64,000 bases of DNA from the NCBI GenBank assembly GCA_035544955.1, contig DASZZN010000014.1:196811-260810 (forward strand), in the 5' to 3' direction. Source of the stretch: Candidatus Dormiibacterota bacterium. GTDB lineage: Bacteria; Chloroflexota; Dormibacteria; CF-121. The notes below the pieces were generated by a model. That model did not search any database, had not been told where the DNA came from, and was given only the letters and a program-made list of their open reading frames with translations. A program made the translations under genes and the position numbers. Shown one piece after another: positions 9,391 to 18,062 of this stretch (its first letter is position 1; each line of letters starts with the position of its first letter).

Positions 9391-10764
9391 CTACCCGGCA
9401 CGAGCCAGCCGTCCGCGCAGCGTCTGTTGGATATGCGCATAAACACTCTTGACCGTTTCCGCCGACATGCCCGGCGCAGCGTTTGCCTCTAGGCAATACA
9501 CCCGGTCGGTCTGCAGGTCCTCGATCACGTCCACGCCCGCGTAATCGAGGCCGACGCGGCGAGCGCCTTCGCGTGCCACGGCCGCGACAGAGCGCGGGAT
9601 GACCTGCGACCGTTCGAAGCTCCACTCCGGCCGCAGATCGTCGGGGGTAGCACCTTCCGGAGGTCGCTTCAGGTAGGCGGAGACAATCCGGCCGGAGAGC
9701 ACCGACACTCGATACTCGCGGCGATCGGGGATGAACTCCTGGAAGCAGTCGTAGCCAGCGCGCTCGGCCTGCGGCCCATCGGCCGGGAGCAGCGCCTTCC
9801 CGCTGCCCCGTGACCCGTGCCGACGCTTGCCGACGACGTGGTTCGAGCCAAGCAACGCGAGGTCTCCCGGATTAACGACGGTCCGCGGCGCGAGCTCGCG
9901 CAAACGCCCCAGCGACTCCACCTGGTCGGAGGCAACCCGGACGGCCTCCGGCTGGTTGAGCGCGACGGCCTCTTGAGGCAGCGGCTGAACAGATCCCCAG
10001 TTGAGGATCAACGCAGGGGAGCCTCCCGGAGGAACTTCCCTGGCGTCTCGAACAATCCGAATCTGGGCGCCCTGCGACGCAACGGCTTCGATGTTGTGTG
10101 CCATAGCCTCGGAAGGGATCGAGGATGGGACCAGGACACACACCGGTACGTCATCCCGGGACGGAGCAAAGGCAATCTCCCGGATTCGCACGCTTCCTGA
10201 TGGTTGATTGGGCGGTGCCTCTGCGCCGGCGACCAAGCCGTGCGGTCGTTGGCTCGCGATTGCGAGCAGGCGCGTCATCGCTTGCTCCTCGGCGGATGGT
10301 TCAACCGCGTATCCTGCCGACAATCCAGCCTCCCGCCGCGCGGCTTCGAAGGTGCGCAGTTCCTGGCGGCGTTGGCGGAAGTCGTCGAGCGCCTGCCGGA
10401 GTGATTCCTCGTCCCCGCTACCAGCGATTCGCTCCAGTTTCCGCAGGCGGGCCAGCACCCGGCGGAGGCGATACCGGTAAAGCTCGTCCGATTCTTCCGG
10501 GCTGAGGCTCCCCTGGCGAGCGGAGAGCTCGTTGAATCGGTCGACCTCCGGACCTCGCCGCAGTCCACGTGCCAGCTCGGCAGCGTCGAAGGCGGGCGCG
10601 AGGAGATCTATAGCCTCCGGCGTCCCGGAGCTCATCGGTTCCGCCGTGTCGGAGGGAATCGAGGAGACGTGCGGTTGAGCAATCTCGTCAAGACCGGGGA
10701 GCGACACGGAGAGCGGTCCCGCGCCGCCGCCGCCCGACGCCCTGCTCCCGCGCTTAGATGGCAT
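9391..10764 (-). CDS. ATP-grasp family ligase (RimK/glutathione-synthetase-like C-terminal domain) with ~200-aa N-terminal region of unknown function
   Basis: C-terminal motifs VVGKRRHGSRGSGKAL, GYDCFQEFIPDRREYRVSVL and VYCLEANAAPGMS (the E-x-N ATP-grasp signature). The ORF extends to 10809, but I prefer the internal start at 10764 (MPSKRGSRAS...), which mirrors the amidoligase N-terminus and overlaps the upstream gene by only 11 nt. Confidence 0.7.
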   Translation of the reverse strand: MPSKRGSRASGGGGAGPLSVSLPGLDEIAQPHVSSIPSDTAEPMSSGTPEAIDLLAPAFDAAELARGLRRGPEVDRFNELSARQGSLSPEESDELYRYRLRRVLARLRKLERIAGSGDEESLRQALDDFRQRRQELRTFEAARREAGLSAGYAVEPSAEEQAMTRLLAIASQRPHGLVAGAEAPPNQPSGSVRIREIAFAPSRDDVPVCVLVPSSIPSEAMAHNIEAVASQGAQIRIVRDAREVPPGGSPALILNWGSVQPLPQEAVALNQPEAVRVASDQVESLGRLRELAPRTVVNPGDLALLGSNHVVGKRRHGSRGSGKALLPADGPQAERAGYDCFQEFIPDRREYRVSVLSGRIVSAYLKRPPEGATPDDLRPEWSFERSQVIPRSVAAVAREGARRVGLDYAGVDVIEDLQTDRVYCLEANAAPGMSAETVKSVYAHIQQTLRGRLARAG

Positions 10765-11941
10765 CTGCAAGCCTGTCTTCGTCGAGGAGTGCGCCGTAGG
10801 TGCGGTCATTGTGGGCGCAATTCAGCAGGAAGCAATTGCGAGCCGAGCGAGCGACGGCCGTCCCGTGTTCCGTTCCCAGGAGACGTCGTCGCTGGGCGAG
10901 CGCGTAGGCCATGCCATTGCAGATCACCAGGCGCCGGCCGGGAGCCGCGCGTCGGTAGGCGGCCAACCGATCCGGCGCATGGACGCCCCCAAGGAGGAAG
11001 GTGACATCGTGCCGCACCGCCTGGTGAAAGAGCGCAATGTCTTCCAGCGTCTCGCGCAGCGCCCGCTCACTGGCGTGGACTTTGCGGCCGTCGCAGAAGA
11101 GCGAGACGGCCGTCAAGGACGGCTGGCTGTTGACCCAGTCAGCCCACAGCTGGCCGTCGGGCTCGAACCGGCTCCAGCCGATGTCAGCGATGGCGGGCAG
11201 CCCAGCCTCGATCAGCTCGTGGAAGAAGATGAACGAGCGGCGTTGCTGAATGAGCTGCTCAAAGCGCGAGTGGTCGTACCAGACGGAGAAGTTCGGCGCC
11301 AGGATCAGGTCGAAACCGAGTCCTCGGAGTTCCTGGATGACCGAGCGGCGATTCAACCAGAGCCCCTCAAGCACGCGATCTTCCACAAAGCACTCCAGTG
11401 CGACCTTCGTGGCGGGGCCCAGCCGGTACACCTCTCGAAGAGGCCGATGGTGCTTGGGCGTGATCCGACTTCCTGTAACCCCGAACACCCGGCCTGCATG
11501 AAGGGCCACCCACGGAATATCCACCGGGTCGGCGTATGCCTGGATCAGCACGGGGAGATGGACAGGCAGGTCCACGGGTTGGTGATGGACGATCGGGCGC
11601 CGCCACGTGAGGTCGAGGCCGCCCAGTTGATTGCTAACGGCTTGGCGGACATCCATACGAAGAAGGGGATTGGTCAGGCAGAGGGCGCACCGATCGTTGC
11701 CGGTGGGGCCATCGCGATGTCCGACCCGGCAGAAGTTGGGTGTCTTTCCGCATCGAGCAGCGGCCGGACAGAGATCACAATTCAGGCCGCAGGCTGAAGC
11801 CACCTCAGGACTCCTCCTCGAAGGCGCTGATGGCCTGCCGGAGGTCAACGAGGACATTGACGACGCCCTGGCATTCGCTCGGCGATAGGCGGCGTCGAAT
11901 ATTGGCGAGCGTCCGGGCGAGTTGGCGGCAGAGGTCGACAA
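10754..11941 (-). CDS. Cys-rich protein of unknown function (N-terminal 7-Cys cluster including CxxxCxxC; possible Fe-S/Zn-binding enzyme)
   Basis: 395-aa ORF co-directional and overlapping with the ATP-grasp gene. It contains ACGLNCDLCPAAARCGKTPNFCRVGHRDGPTGNDRCALC and a second Cys/His patch near the C-terminus (VICNGMAYA...NCFLLNCAHN). The first ~45 aa are low-complexity, so the true start may be the internal MSSLTSG. Confidence 0.5.
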   Translation of the reverse strand: MSTSAANSPGRSPIFDAAYRRANARASSMSSLTSGRPSAPSRRSPEVASACGLNCDLCPAAARCGKTPNFCRVGHRDGPTGNDRCALCLTNPLLRMDVRQAVSNQLGGLDLTWRRPIVHHQPVDLPVHLPVLIQAYADPVDIPWVALHAGRVFGVTGSRITPKHHRPLREVYRLGPATKVALECFVEDRVLEGLWLNRRSVIQELRGLGFDLILAPNFSVWYDHSRFEQLIQQRRSFIFFHELIEAGLPAIADIGWSRFEPDGQLWADWVNSQPSLTAVSLFCDGRKVHASERALRETLEDIALFHQAVRHDVTFLLGGVHAPDRLAAYRRAAPGRRLVICNGMAYALAQRRRLLGTEHGTAVARSARNCFLLNCAHNDRTYGALLDEDRLADAI

Positions 11942-12768
11942 CGATCCCGAGCTGAACCTCGAAGGCGAGCCGGTCTTCCGCCGGCCCAGCGGTGCCGCCC
12001 TCGGCGGTGAGGGCTGCCTCCACCGTTAGGTGCCGATCCTGTCGAAGGCGGTCCACCGCCGCGTGGACTTGGTTGTGGGTGAGGCGGCCAGGTCGGTAAA
12101 CCAGGGCCGCCTGTCGCTCCGGATCATCCAGGCGGGCGATCTGGATTGCGTGCTCAGCCGGCAGGTGGCGCACCCCATCCTGAAGGTGGGGGTCCAGGCG
12201 CAGGATCCTGACCTTGTCCTTGCGCGCCGTCTCCGAAATCCGTAGCGCCCTCTCGGTGTCGCGCCAGCGGGCAAGCGGTTTCGGGACCAGCCCGCCTTCG
12301 AACTTCATCAGGTGAACGTTCTGGGCGATCAGCAGTTGCTTGAGGCCGTCAAGGTGTTCGGTGAAGCCGCCCCGAGTCGTGATGTGCCTCTCGTCTAAGG
12401 GCTGGAAGGGGACAATCGCGTCCCGGAGGAGTTGCTCGGCGACCGTGATGTCGCGGAGTGTCTTGTCCAGCAGAATGCAGTGGGCCTCCTCCACGGGATC
12501 GAGGTCGGAGCGAAGCTGGTTCTCCTCGTACTGTTTCTCGAGGCGCTCGAGGTAGCGCAGCCGAGGATGAAGGCGGGCCAGGACCTGGCTGATGCCCGCC
12601 GCCCGCGCCGCCCGCCACCGCTGCTCGCCGCACACGATCTCGATATCGGCCCGGCGTTCCTGCCGCCGGCTCGACCTCCAGCAGCGGCTGATGGCGCCCC
12701 GCCTTCATCGAGGCCGCGAGCTTGTCGACCAGGTCCATCGACCGTGCCCCTCCTTCGGTTGGGTCCAC
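11805..12768 (-). pseudogene. ParB/Srx-like nuclease-domain protein, disrupted by a frameshift (or sequencing error) near 12640-12650
   Basis: The upstream frame (ORF 12349..12768) gives MDLVDKLAASMKAGRHQPLLEVEPAAGTPGRY, the ParB N-terminal box. The downstream frame (ORF 11805..12635) continues as (D)IEIVCGEQRWRAARAAGI, the GxRRxRAA ParB motif. The two frames join if a single C is removed in ...GRY|EIVCGEQ.... Confidence 0.6.
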
Positions 12769-12847
12769 GACCTCAGAGAGCTACCCCGATCCGGCCCCCA
12801 TTCGCGACCGGGATGCGGGAACTGCACCAGGCAGATTTGATCCCTCG

Positions 12848-13699
12848 TCATTCTCTGCTTGATGGCTGGGAGTCGCCACTCTCCCTCAAAAACTGCGAAA
12901 GTGTGGCACCGAGTTCCTGCTCGCCCCGCCGGCCTAAGCCGGTCGGCCGCACAAGCGGCAGATTCCACCCCATTACCCAGACGGCCTTGGCTCGTTGTCG
13001 AGAGATAGAAGCCCACCAGGTAAGGCGACCAAGCCTCGATTCCGCAACCTGCATCGCTCCGAGGATGCGACCTACCTCAACGTAAACGCCTCGGCCGTTG
13101 CAAAGAAGTGCGGTCGCTGGAAGCGCGGCCACCTGCCACCGAAAGAATTCGGTGTCTGTTGCCCAGAGGGCTGCCGCCTCGGCCGGCCAAGTGCGACCTA
13201 GCTCCGACCACGTTGGGAAGGTCGCCTCCTGGATCAGGTCTAGGTGAACCGCCATTCCAGTGGCGTACGAGATGCCCATCCCGTCAAGCACGTTATTCAT
13301 GTGACCGAACCACCGACCAAAGGTGGGTCGGCCGGGGTCGAAGTAATGCCTCATCGTTTCGATTGCTCGTTCGCACTGTAGATCGCTGAGAGTGTCGCGG
13401 CCAACTGCACCCAGCGAAGTTAGCGTTTCGAAACGTCGGACATTGGAGCCATCGAGCTCAATTAGTCGAGCGCTGTCAGATCGACCGGCGTGTCGTGCGT
13501 ATTCGCGGTACGAAGGGTTGATGGCCACAGTCGCTGTGATGGCCCGGTCTGGATCGCCGAAGAAGAGAACGGGAAGCGACCTGGGCACCGAGTGTGGCGA
13601 TGGAGCTGCTCGCAAGCGCTGGTTGAGGTTCCGCTTCTGCGAAACCGTAAAGGCCTCCGATGGGCGGGCGCGGCTCGTATCACACTCTGCCATAGACAT
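12848..13699 (-). CDS. Hypothetical protein (283 aa)
   Basis: Long minus-strand ORF in the same co-directional array. Protein-like composition, no motif recognised. Confidence 0.4.
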   Translation of the reverse strand: MSMAECDTSRARPSEAFTVSQKRNLNQRLRAAPSPHSVPRSLPVLFFGDPDRAITATVAINPSYREYARHAGRSDSARLIELDGSNVRRFETLTSLGAVGRDTLSDLQCERAIETMRHYFDPGRPTFGRWFGHMNNVLDGMGISYATGMAVHLDLIQEATFPTWSELGRTWPAEAAALWATDTEFFRWQVAALPATALLCNGRGVYVEVGRILGAMQVAESRLGRLTWWASISRQRAKAVWVMGWNLPLVRPTGLGRRGEQELGATLSQFLRESGDSQPSSRE

Positions 13700-13708
13700 C
13701 GGTCGGGT

Positions 13709-14422
13709 TCATGAATTCTTCTTGGGCGAGGACCCTACGCTGCCGAGTCGCGGGTTAGTGGGAAGGCCCTGGGCCTTGGCTTCCCGGTAGTAACCGCGGC
13801 TCTCTGCCTCCATCCATATAAGAACTTCAAGGATCCTTACCGGCGTGACGACGTATCCGCCCTTCACCAGATCATCTCTCAGGGCCTTTATCTCGGTCAG
13901 GTTTGCCCGGAGATCCTCTCGGAAAGCACGCCATGCGGGCATCGTTGCCTGGGCGGCTTTCGTCTTGTCCTGAAGTCTGCCTTGGGTTGACTTCAAGTGG
14001 AGCGCATCGAGATAGAAGAGCACCACCACTGAGTCGAGCATCGGGATATAGTTCCGCCTCTTGCGATGTAGCACTTTTGTTGCTACGGCAGACAGCACGC
14101 CGGGTACCGAGATGGCTGCGCTCAGAAGCGACTCGCCAACTTCTAAATCCGGGTCGAATATCAGGATGTCGGCGTCTACCGGGATTCGCGGGAGTAGCGG
14201 ATCGCAAGCAGCGGCCATCCCACGGTGAACCTTCTGGACCTTTTCTCCAGTAGCCACTCGAGAGTTCATAGAGACTGTCACAAGGATGTCGAGAGGTTCA
14301 ATGCGGTTCGGATCATTCGTTGGGATTGCATCGTAGTACGCGTACTCATTCGGAAAGAAGCGCAAAAGGCGATCCCTGCAGTTCGACAGACTGGGCCCGC
14401 TAGGCAGCTGCAGGTTCATCAA
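13709..14422 (-). CDS. Hypothetical protein (237 aa)
   Basis: Lower-GC ORF directly upstream of 12848..13699 on the same strand. No recognisable motif. Confidence 0.4.
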   Translation of the reverse strand: MMNLQLPSGPSLSNCRDRLLRFFPNEYAYYDAIPTNDPNRIEPLDILVTVSMNSRVATGEKVQKVHRGMAAACDPLLPRIPVDADILIFDPDLEVGESLLSAAISVPGVLSAVATKVLHRKRRNYIPMLDSVVVLFYLDALHLKSTQGRLQDKTKAAQATMPAWRAFREDLRANLTEIKALRDDLVKGGYVVTPVRILEVLIWMEAESRGYYREAKAQGLPTNPRLGSVGSSPKKNS

Positions 14423-14472
14423 ACGGAGAACATTCCGTTCCGAGTCCCTACCATTCCGTAGCGCGGGTCCGA

Positions 14473-14904
14473 TCAGGCATCATCGGTGCGTAGATATAGG
14501 AGTGACCCTGAGGTCCTGAACAGCCCGAGTATTGGGCTAGGGGCACCCGCCAGCTTCGTCAGGCATGGCAAATTCAGGCCTACGAATTGCTGCTCGGACG
14601 ACATACAGCTGTCAAAGACCGAGCGTATGCTTGCCTCCGTCCAGGATTTGAAATTTAGGGTAGGTAGGTGATGAAACTGGATTCGGAAGTCTGCCGGTGC
14701 TTTGCGGGCGGGTTGTTTCCGCCGATTAGAGTCGGTTTTCGCTCGATCGGGCAAGGCTACCGCAGCGAGGACGATTATCGCGAGTTCGATCATGAAGGTC
14801 ATCGAGGGTGGTGCATCACTAAGCATGAAGGTCATTGCAACCCTGAGCATATTCCTATACGCGAAATCGACTAAGCCTAGGAGGAACACCCAAGATGCAG
14901 ACAT
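14473..14904 (-). CDS. Hypothetical small protein (143 aa), possibly membrane-associated
   Basis: ORF in an AT-richer segment with a hydrophobic stretch (MIELAIIVLAAVALP). Weak support. Confidence 0.25.
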   Translation of the reverse strand: MSASWVFLLGLVDFAYRNMLRVAMTFMLSDAPPSMTFMIELAIIVLAAVALPDRAKTDSNRRKQPARKAPADFRIQFHHLPTLNFKSWTEASIRSVFDSCMSSEQQFVGLNLPCLTKLAGAPSPILGLFRTSGSLLYLRTDDA

Positions 14905-15305
14905 TTGAGGGTGCGCTAATCCGAGAGCAAGGCGTGGCGTTCGGGGTCGTCGTCTGCCGACGAGGCCTCCCGAACAGAGACAAGACGGTGCTTATGGAAA
15001 GCGTAAGTCGCATCTTTGGCCGCGTACCGGTCGTAGCCATGGAGCAGGATCACCGGGGCGTGCCGACATACTATGGGCGCACTGACTTGGTTCGTTTCTT
15101 GGCCTCGGTTCCGATGGAAGCCATTCCTTGGAAGAAATACACGATCACCTAGGGGCGTCCTTTTCATGATCGACGATCCGTTGGAAACCCGGGTGCTCAC
15201 CAAGAAGCTTCGACAGACGGCACTTGCTGCCGGCGTCCTTCGGAGCCGCTCGGGGAGCGACCAAGCGGCGCATTAACGAGATTCCAGCTACGATTCCCAC
15301 GTAAA

Positions 15306-16238
15306 GTGGCGGTCCCCGATTTTCAGTCCATCATGCTTCCCTTCCTCCAGTCGCTGGCAGATGGTCAACAACAGCGAACGCGGGAGCTAATGCCTCGGCT
15401 TGCGTCGCAGTTTCACCTCTCAGATACGGACCTTCGGCAGCTGCTGCCAAGCGGCACGCAGCGTGTCTTCGAGAACCGCGTCTACTGGGTGAGCAGCTAT
15501 CTAAGGCACGCAGGGCTGATCGAGAGCCCGCAACGCGGGGTTGTCCGGATCACGGAAAATGGGCGCAAGGTCCTAGCTAATCCCCCGGATCGCATCACCG
15601 TCGGATATCTGATGCGACTTCCCAGCTTCCAACCATTCGGAAGCCAAACGACCGCGGCAGGCGGCTTAGGTATAGGACACGTGCCCCCCGCCGTCAAGGC
15701 TTCAGATAGAACACCTGAGGAAGATCTCGAAGCGACCTGGCTCACGATTCGCGACGCGCTGGGTCAGGATCTCCTGGGAAGGATCAAGACTTGCTCTCCC
15801 AGTTTTTTCGAACGCCTCGTGGTTGACCTGCTGGTCACGATGGGGTACGGCGGATCTGTCGTCGATGCAGGCCAGAGCGTCGGCATGTCCGGCGACGGTG
15901 GAGTGGACGGAATCATTAAAGAGGACAAACTCGGTCTTGACGTTGTCTACATTCAGGCCAAGCGCTGGGAGGGGCAGGTCGGTCGGCCAGTGGTACAGGC
16001 CTTCGCGGGGAGCCTTGAGGGATTCCGAGCCCGGAAAGGCGTACCGATTACGACCTCGGGATTCTCAGCCGACGCCCGAACCTACGCGAACCAGATCGAG
16101 AAAAGAATCGTGCTCATCGATGGGACCAACCTCGTCCGGCTGATGATGGAGCACGGCGTGGGCGTTACCAGGGCGAAAACCTACGACGTCCAAAGGATTG
16201 ACCTTGATTACTTCGACGAAGAGGCATTATCCGGTTAG
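15306..16238 (+). CDS. mrr: Mrr-family type IV (modification-dependent) restriction endonuclease
   Basis: N-terminal Mrr_N winged helix (MAVPDFQSIMLPFLQS...LRHAGLIESPQRGVVRITENGRKVL). Mrr_cat motif GMSGDGGVDGIIKEDKLGLDVVYIQAKRW (GDGGxDG ... D ... QxK). GTG start. Confidence 0.9.
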   Translation: MAVPDFQSIMLPFLQSLADGQQQRTRELMPRLASQFHLSDTDLRQLLPSGTQRVFENRVYWVSSYLRHAGLIESPQRGVVRITENGRKVLANPPDRITVGYLMRLPSFQPFGSQTTAAGGLGIGHVPPAVKASDRTPEEDLEATWLTIRDALGQDLLGRIKTCSPSFFERLVVDLLVTMGYGGSVVDAGQSVGMSGDGGVDGIIKEDKLGLDVVYIQAKRWEGQVGRPVVQAFAGSLEGFRARKGVPITTSGFSADARTYANQIEKRIVLIDGTNLVRLMMEHGVGVTRAKTYDVQRIDLDYFDEEALSG

Positions 16239-16485
16239 CAGGGCAAGCACCCAGAACTCGAACCTAGGAAAACCTGATCTACTGATGGCTGATCGGAAGT
16301 GGGGCCTGCGGTCTCGGAAGGGAGAGATCTAAGTCTTGAAGAAGCGTTCTGGTACGCCTACGAAACGCGTCGTCTTCATGGTTTGCCCGTGCAAGGCGGA
16401 GTCGCCGGCAGCATCTAAGTAGTCACGTGCCGGTGCTTATCGATTCGTCTATTTCCCTCGGCTTATCCGCGAATCAATTCCGGGA

Positions 16486-17341
16486 TCAGTTCTCGTTCAA
16501 CCCGAATTTGCGACTCAACAGCTTTTTCTTCCAAGCAGCTTCGGCTTGGAGGATATCCTCGTCGTCTGAAGTCAGAGCTTGCAAGACGCTGAATTGGTAA
16601 GGTCGAGGCCCGAGTCGCCTCAATTCCACGTTGTTTCCATGTCCAGTCCGCGCGTAATGCATAAGTCGTCCCCAAAGATTCTCCGTCCCAGTTGCCGACC
16701 CAACGTATTGTCGTCCCCTTTCTGTATCGACCAACAGGTACACCCCTCTAACAGCCTGGAGGATCGGCTGCCAGTTTGGTGGAACCAGATCTGCCTCTGC
16801 GACTAGCCATGAGAAAGCACCAAAGCCAGGCCACGGTTCGTCGGCCGCTTCCTGCCTCCGGATCTCGAGTACTCGTTTTCTGATTGCGATGTGCGCGTTG
16901 CGCCCATTGGCGGTATCCAGCTCCCCATTCGACAATAAGCTTGCCCGCGTAGTCCGCAAGCCGATTGTCACGTGAGATGTCGTAGTAGTACAGACCTGCG
17001 ACGGAATGACCGCCGATAGGGTCGAGAATCTCCTCGGGGACCCTCCCGATAGCTACCACCGAGTAAAGGCCGATGTAGAGGGTCTCATCCCGAGGAGTTA
17101 CGACGAAACTTGCCAGCGTGTCACCTGGAGAAAAACGCTTCTGGCCCTGGATGCGCTGGTATTCCTCAAGCCGCGGATCACGCCTTCTCCACAAGCCATA
17201 AGGTGTCGGAGCACCGGGCCGGCTACGCACTTGGTGCCGCACAAGAACACCCCAGAGGGGTCGATCCTTTCGATGGCGAGGATGTCGTTGAAAGTCAACA
17301 TAGTCCCTTCCGGAAGTGTCGCTGGATTCATGGTATGGCAC
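16486..17341 (-). pseudogene. GIY-YIG nuclease-domain protein split over two overlapping frames (probable frameshift near 16880-16910)
   Basis: The C-terminal frame has GVYLLVDTERGRQYVGSATGTENLWGRLMHY...GHGNN (GIY-YIG core). The N-terminal frame (16748..17341) overlaps it by 224 nt and reads smoothly into it (…YRQWAQRAH / IAIRKRVLEIRRQ…). Confidence 0.55.
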
Positions 17342-17369
17342 CCGGAGTGGTTCCCCATACCGATAATGG

Positions 17370-18062
17370 ATGCGGCATATCCGGCCGCATCTCCTACTCG
17401 ATCCCGGATATGCGGGAGGACGGGTGGCTGTACCGTCGATGGTCTGCGAGACTTGTCACAGTGAGCTACCGGCAGCCGAACAACCTTGCCCGAACTGCGG
17501 CGCACCAGGCGTCGCCTATGAAGCGCGCCTGGCGACGATCCTCGAAAAGCTAGGCGATCTCGTTCTCGGAGTACCCGCTCTGCGCGACCTTCTGGACTTT
17601 GCTATCGGAGCGGCCGCGAGCTTCATGCGCGCCGACCAGCTCGGCTATAAAGATCGGTCCTTCGCTCTCCCCGGCGACTACTATGAGCACCTTGCCGCAC
17701 GAGCCAAATGGATGGCCAAAGGAAGCTTGCCGCCTTATGGCCTCTGGATCTCTGGCTACTACTTCAACTCCGGTCTCCTGAGACTTTGGTCCGTCCGAGA
17801 CCAACTTGGGCGATTAGAAGAGGACATCGCCGGGCGACCGGCGGGCGCCGCGCCTATCCCCGTCAAGCTCCGAGATGAGGCCAACCGGCTAAAGCATCAG
17901 CTTTCCGGCTTGGGTGAAAAGAGGGAGCTAACTTTTGCGGAAGCTGTCGCATTGCTCGACGAACTGGTCTCGATCGTCGATCAACGGAAGGGACTCTTTA
18001 ACGATCCGTCAGTGAAAATCCCGAAAATGAAGAGCCATCCGCGGAAGAAACGAGAACAGTGA
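17370..18062 (+). CDS. Hypothetical protein with N-terminal zinc-ribbon (CxxC-x~10-CxxC)
   Basis: MVCETCHSELPAAEQPCPNCGAP near the N-terminus, the rest unknown. The real start is possibly the internal MVCETCH. Confidence 0.4.
   Translation: MRHIRPHLLLDPGYAGGRVAVPSMVCETCHSELPAAEQPCPNCGAPGVAYEARLATILEKLGDLVLGVPALRDLLDFAIGAAASFMRADQLGYKDRSFALPGDYYEHLAARAKWMAKGSLPPYGLWISGYYFNSGLLRLWSVRDQLGRLEEDIAGRPAGAAPIPVKLRDEANRLKHQLSGLGEKRELTFAEAVALLDELVSIVDQRKGLFNDPSVKIPKMKSHPRKKREQ

Noticed and set aside
10811-11797. 328-aa plus-strand ORF antisense to the Cys-rich gene
   Set aside because: Opposite-strand shadow ORF. The minus-strand gene is supported by operon context and overlaps.
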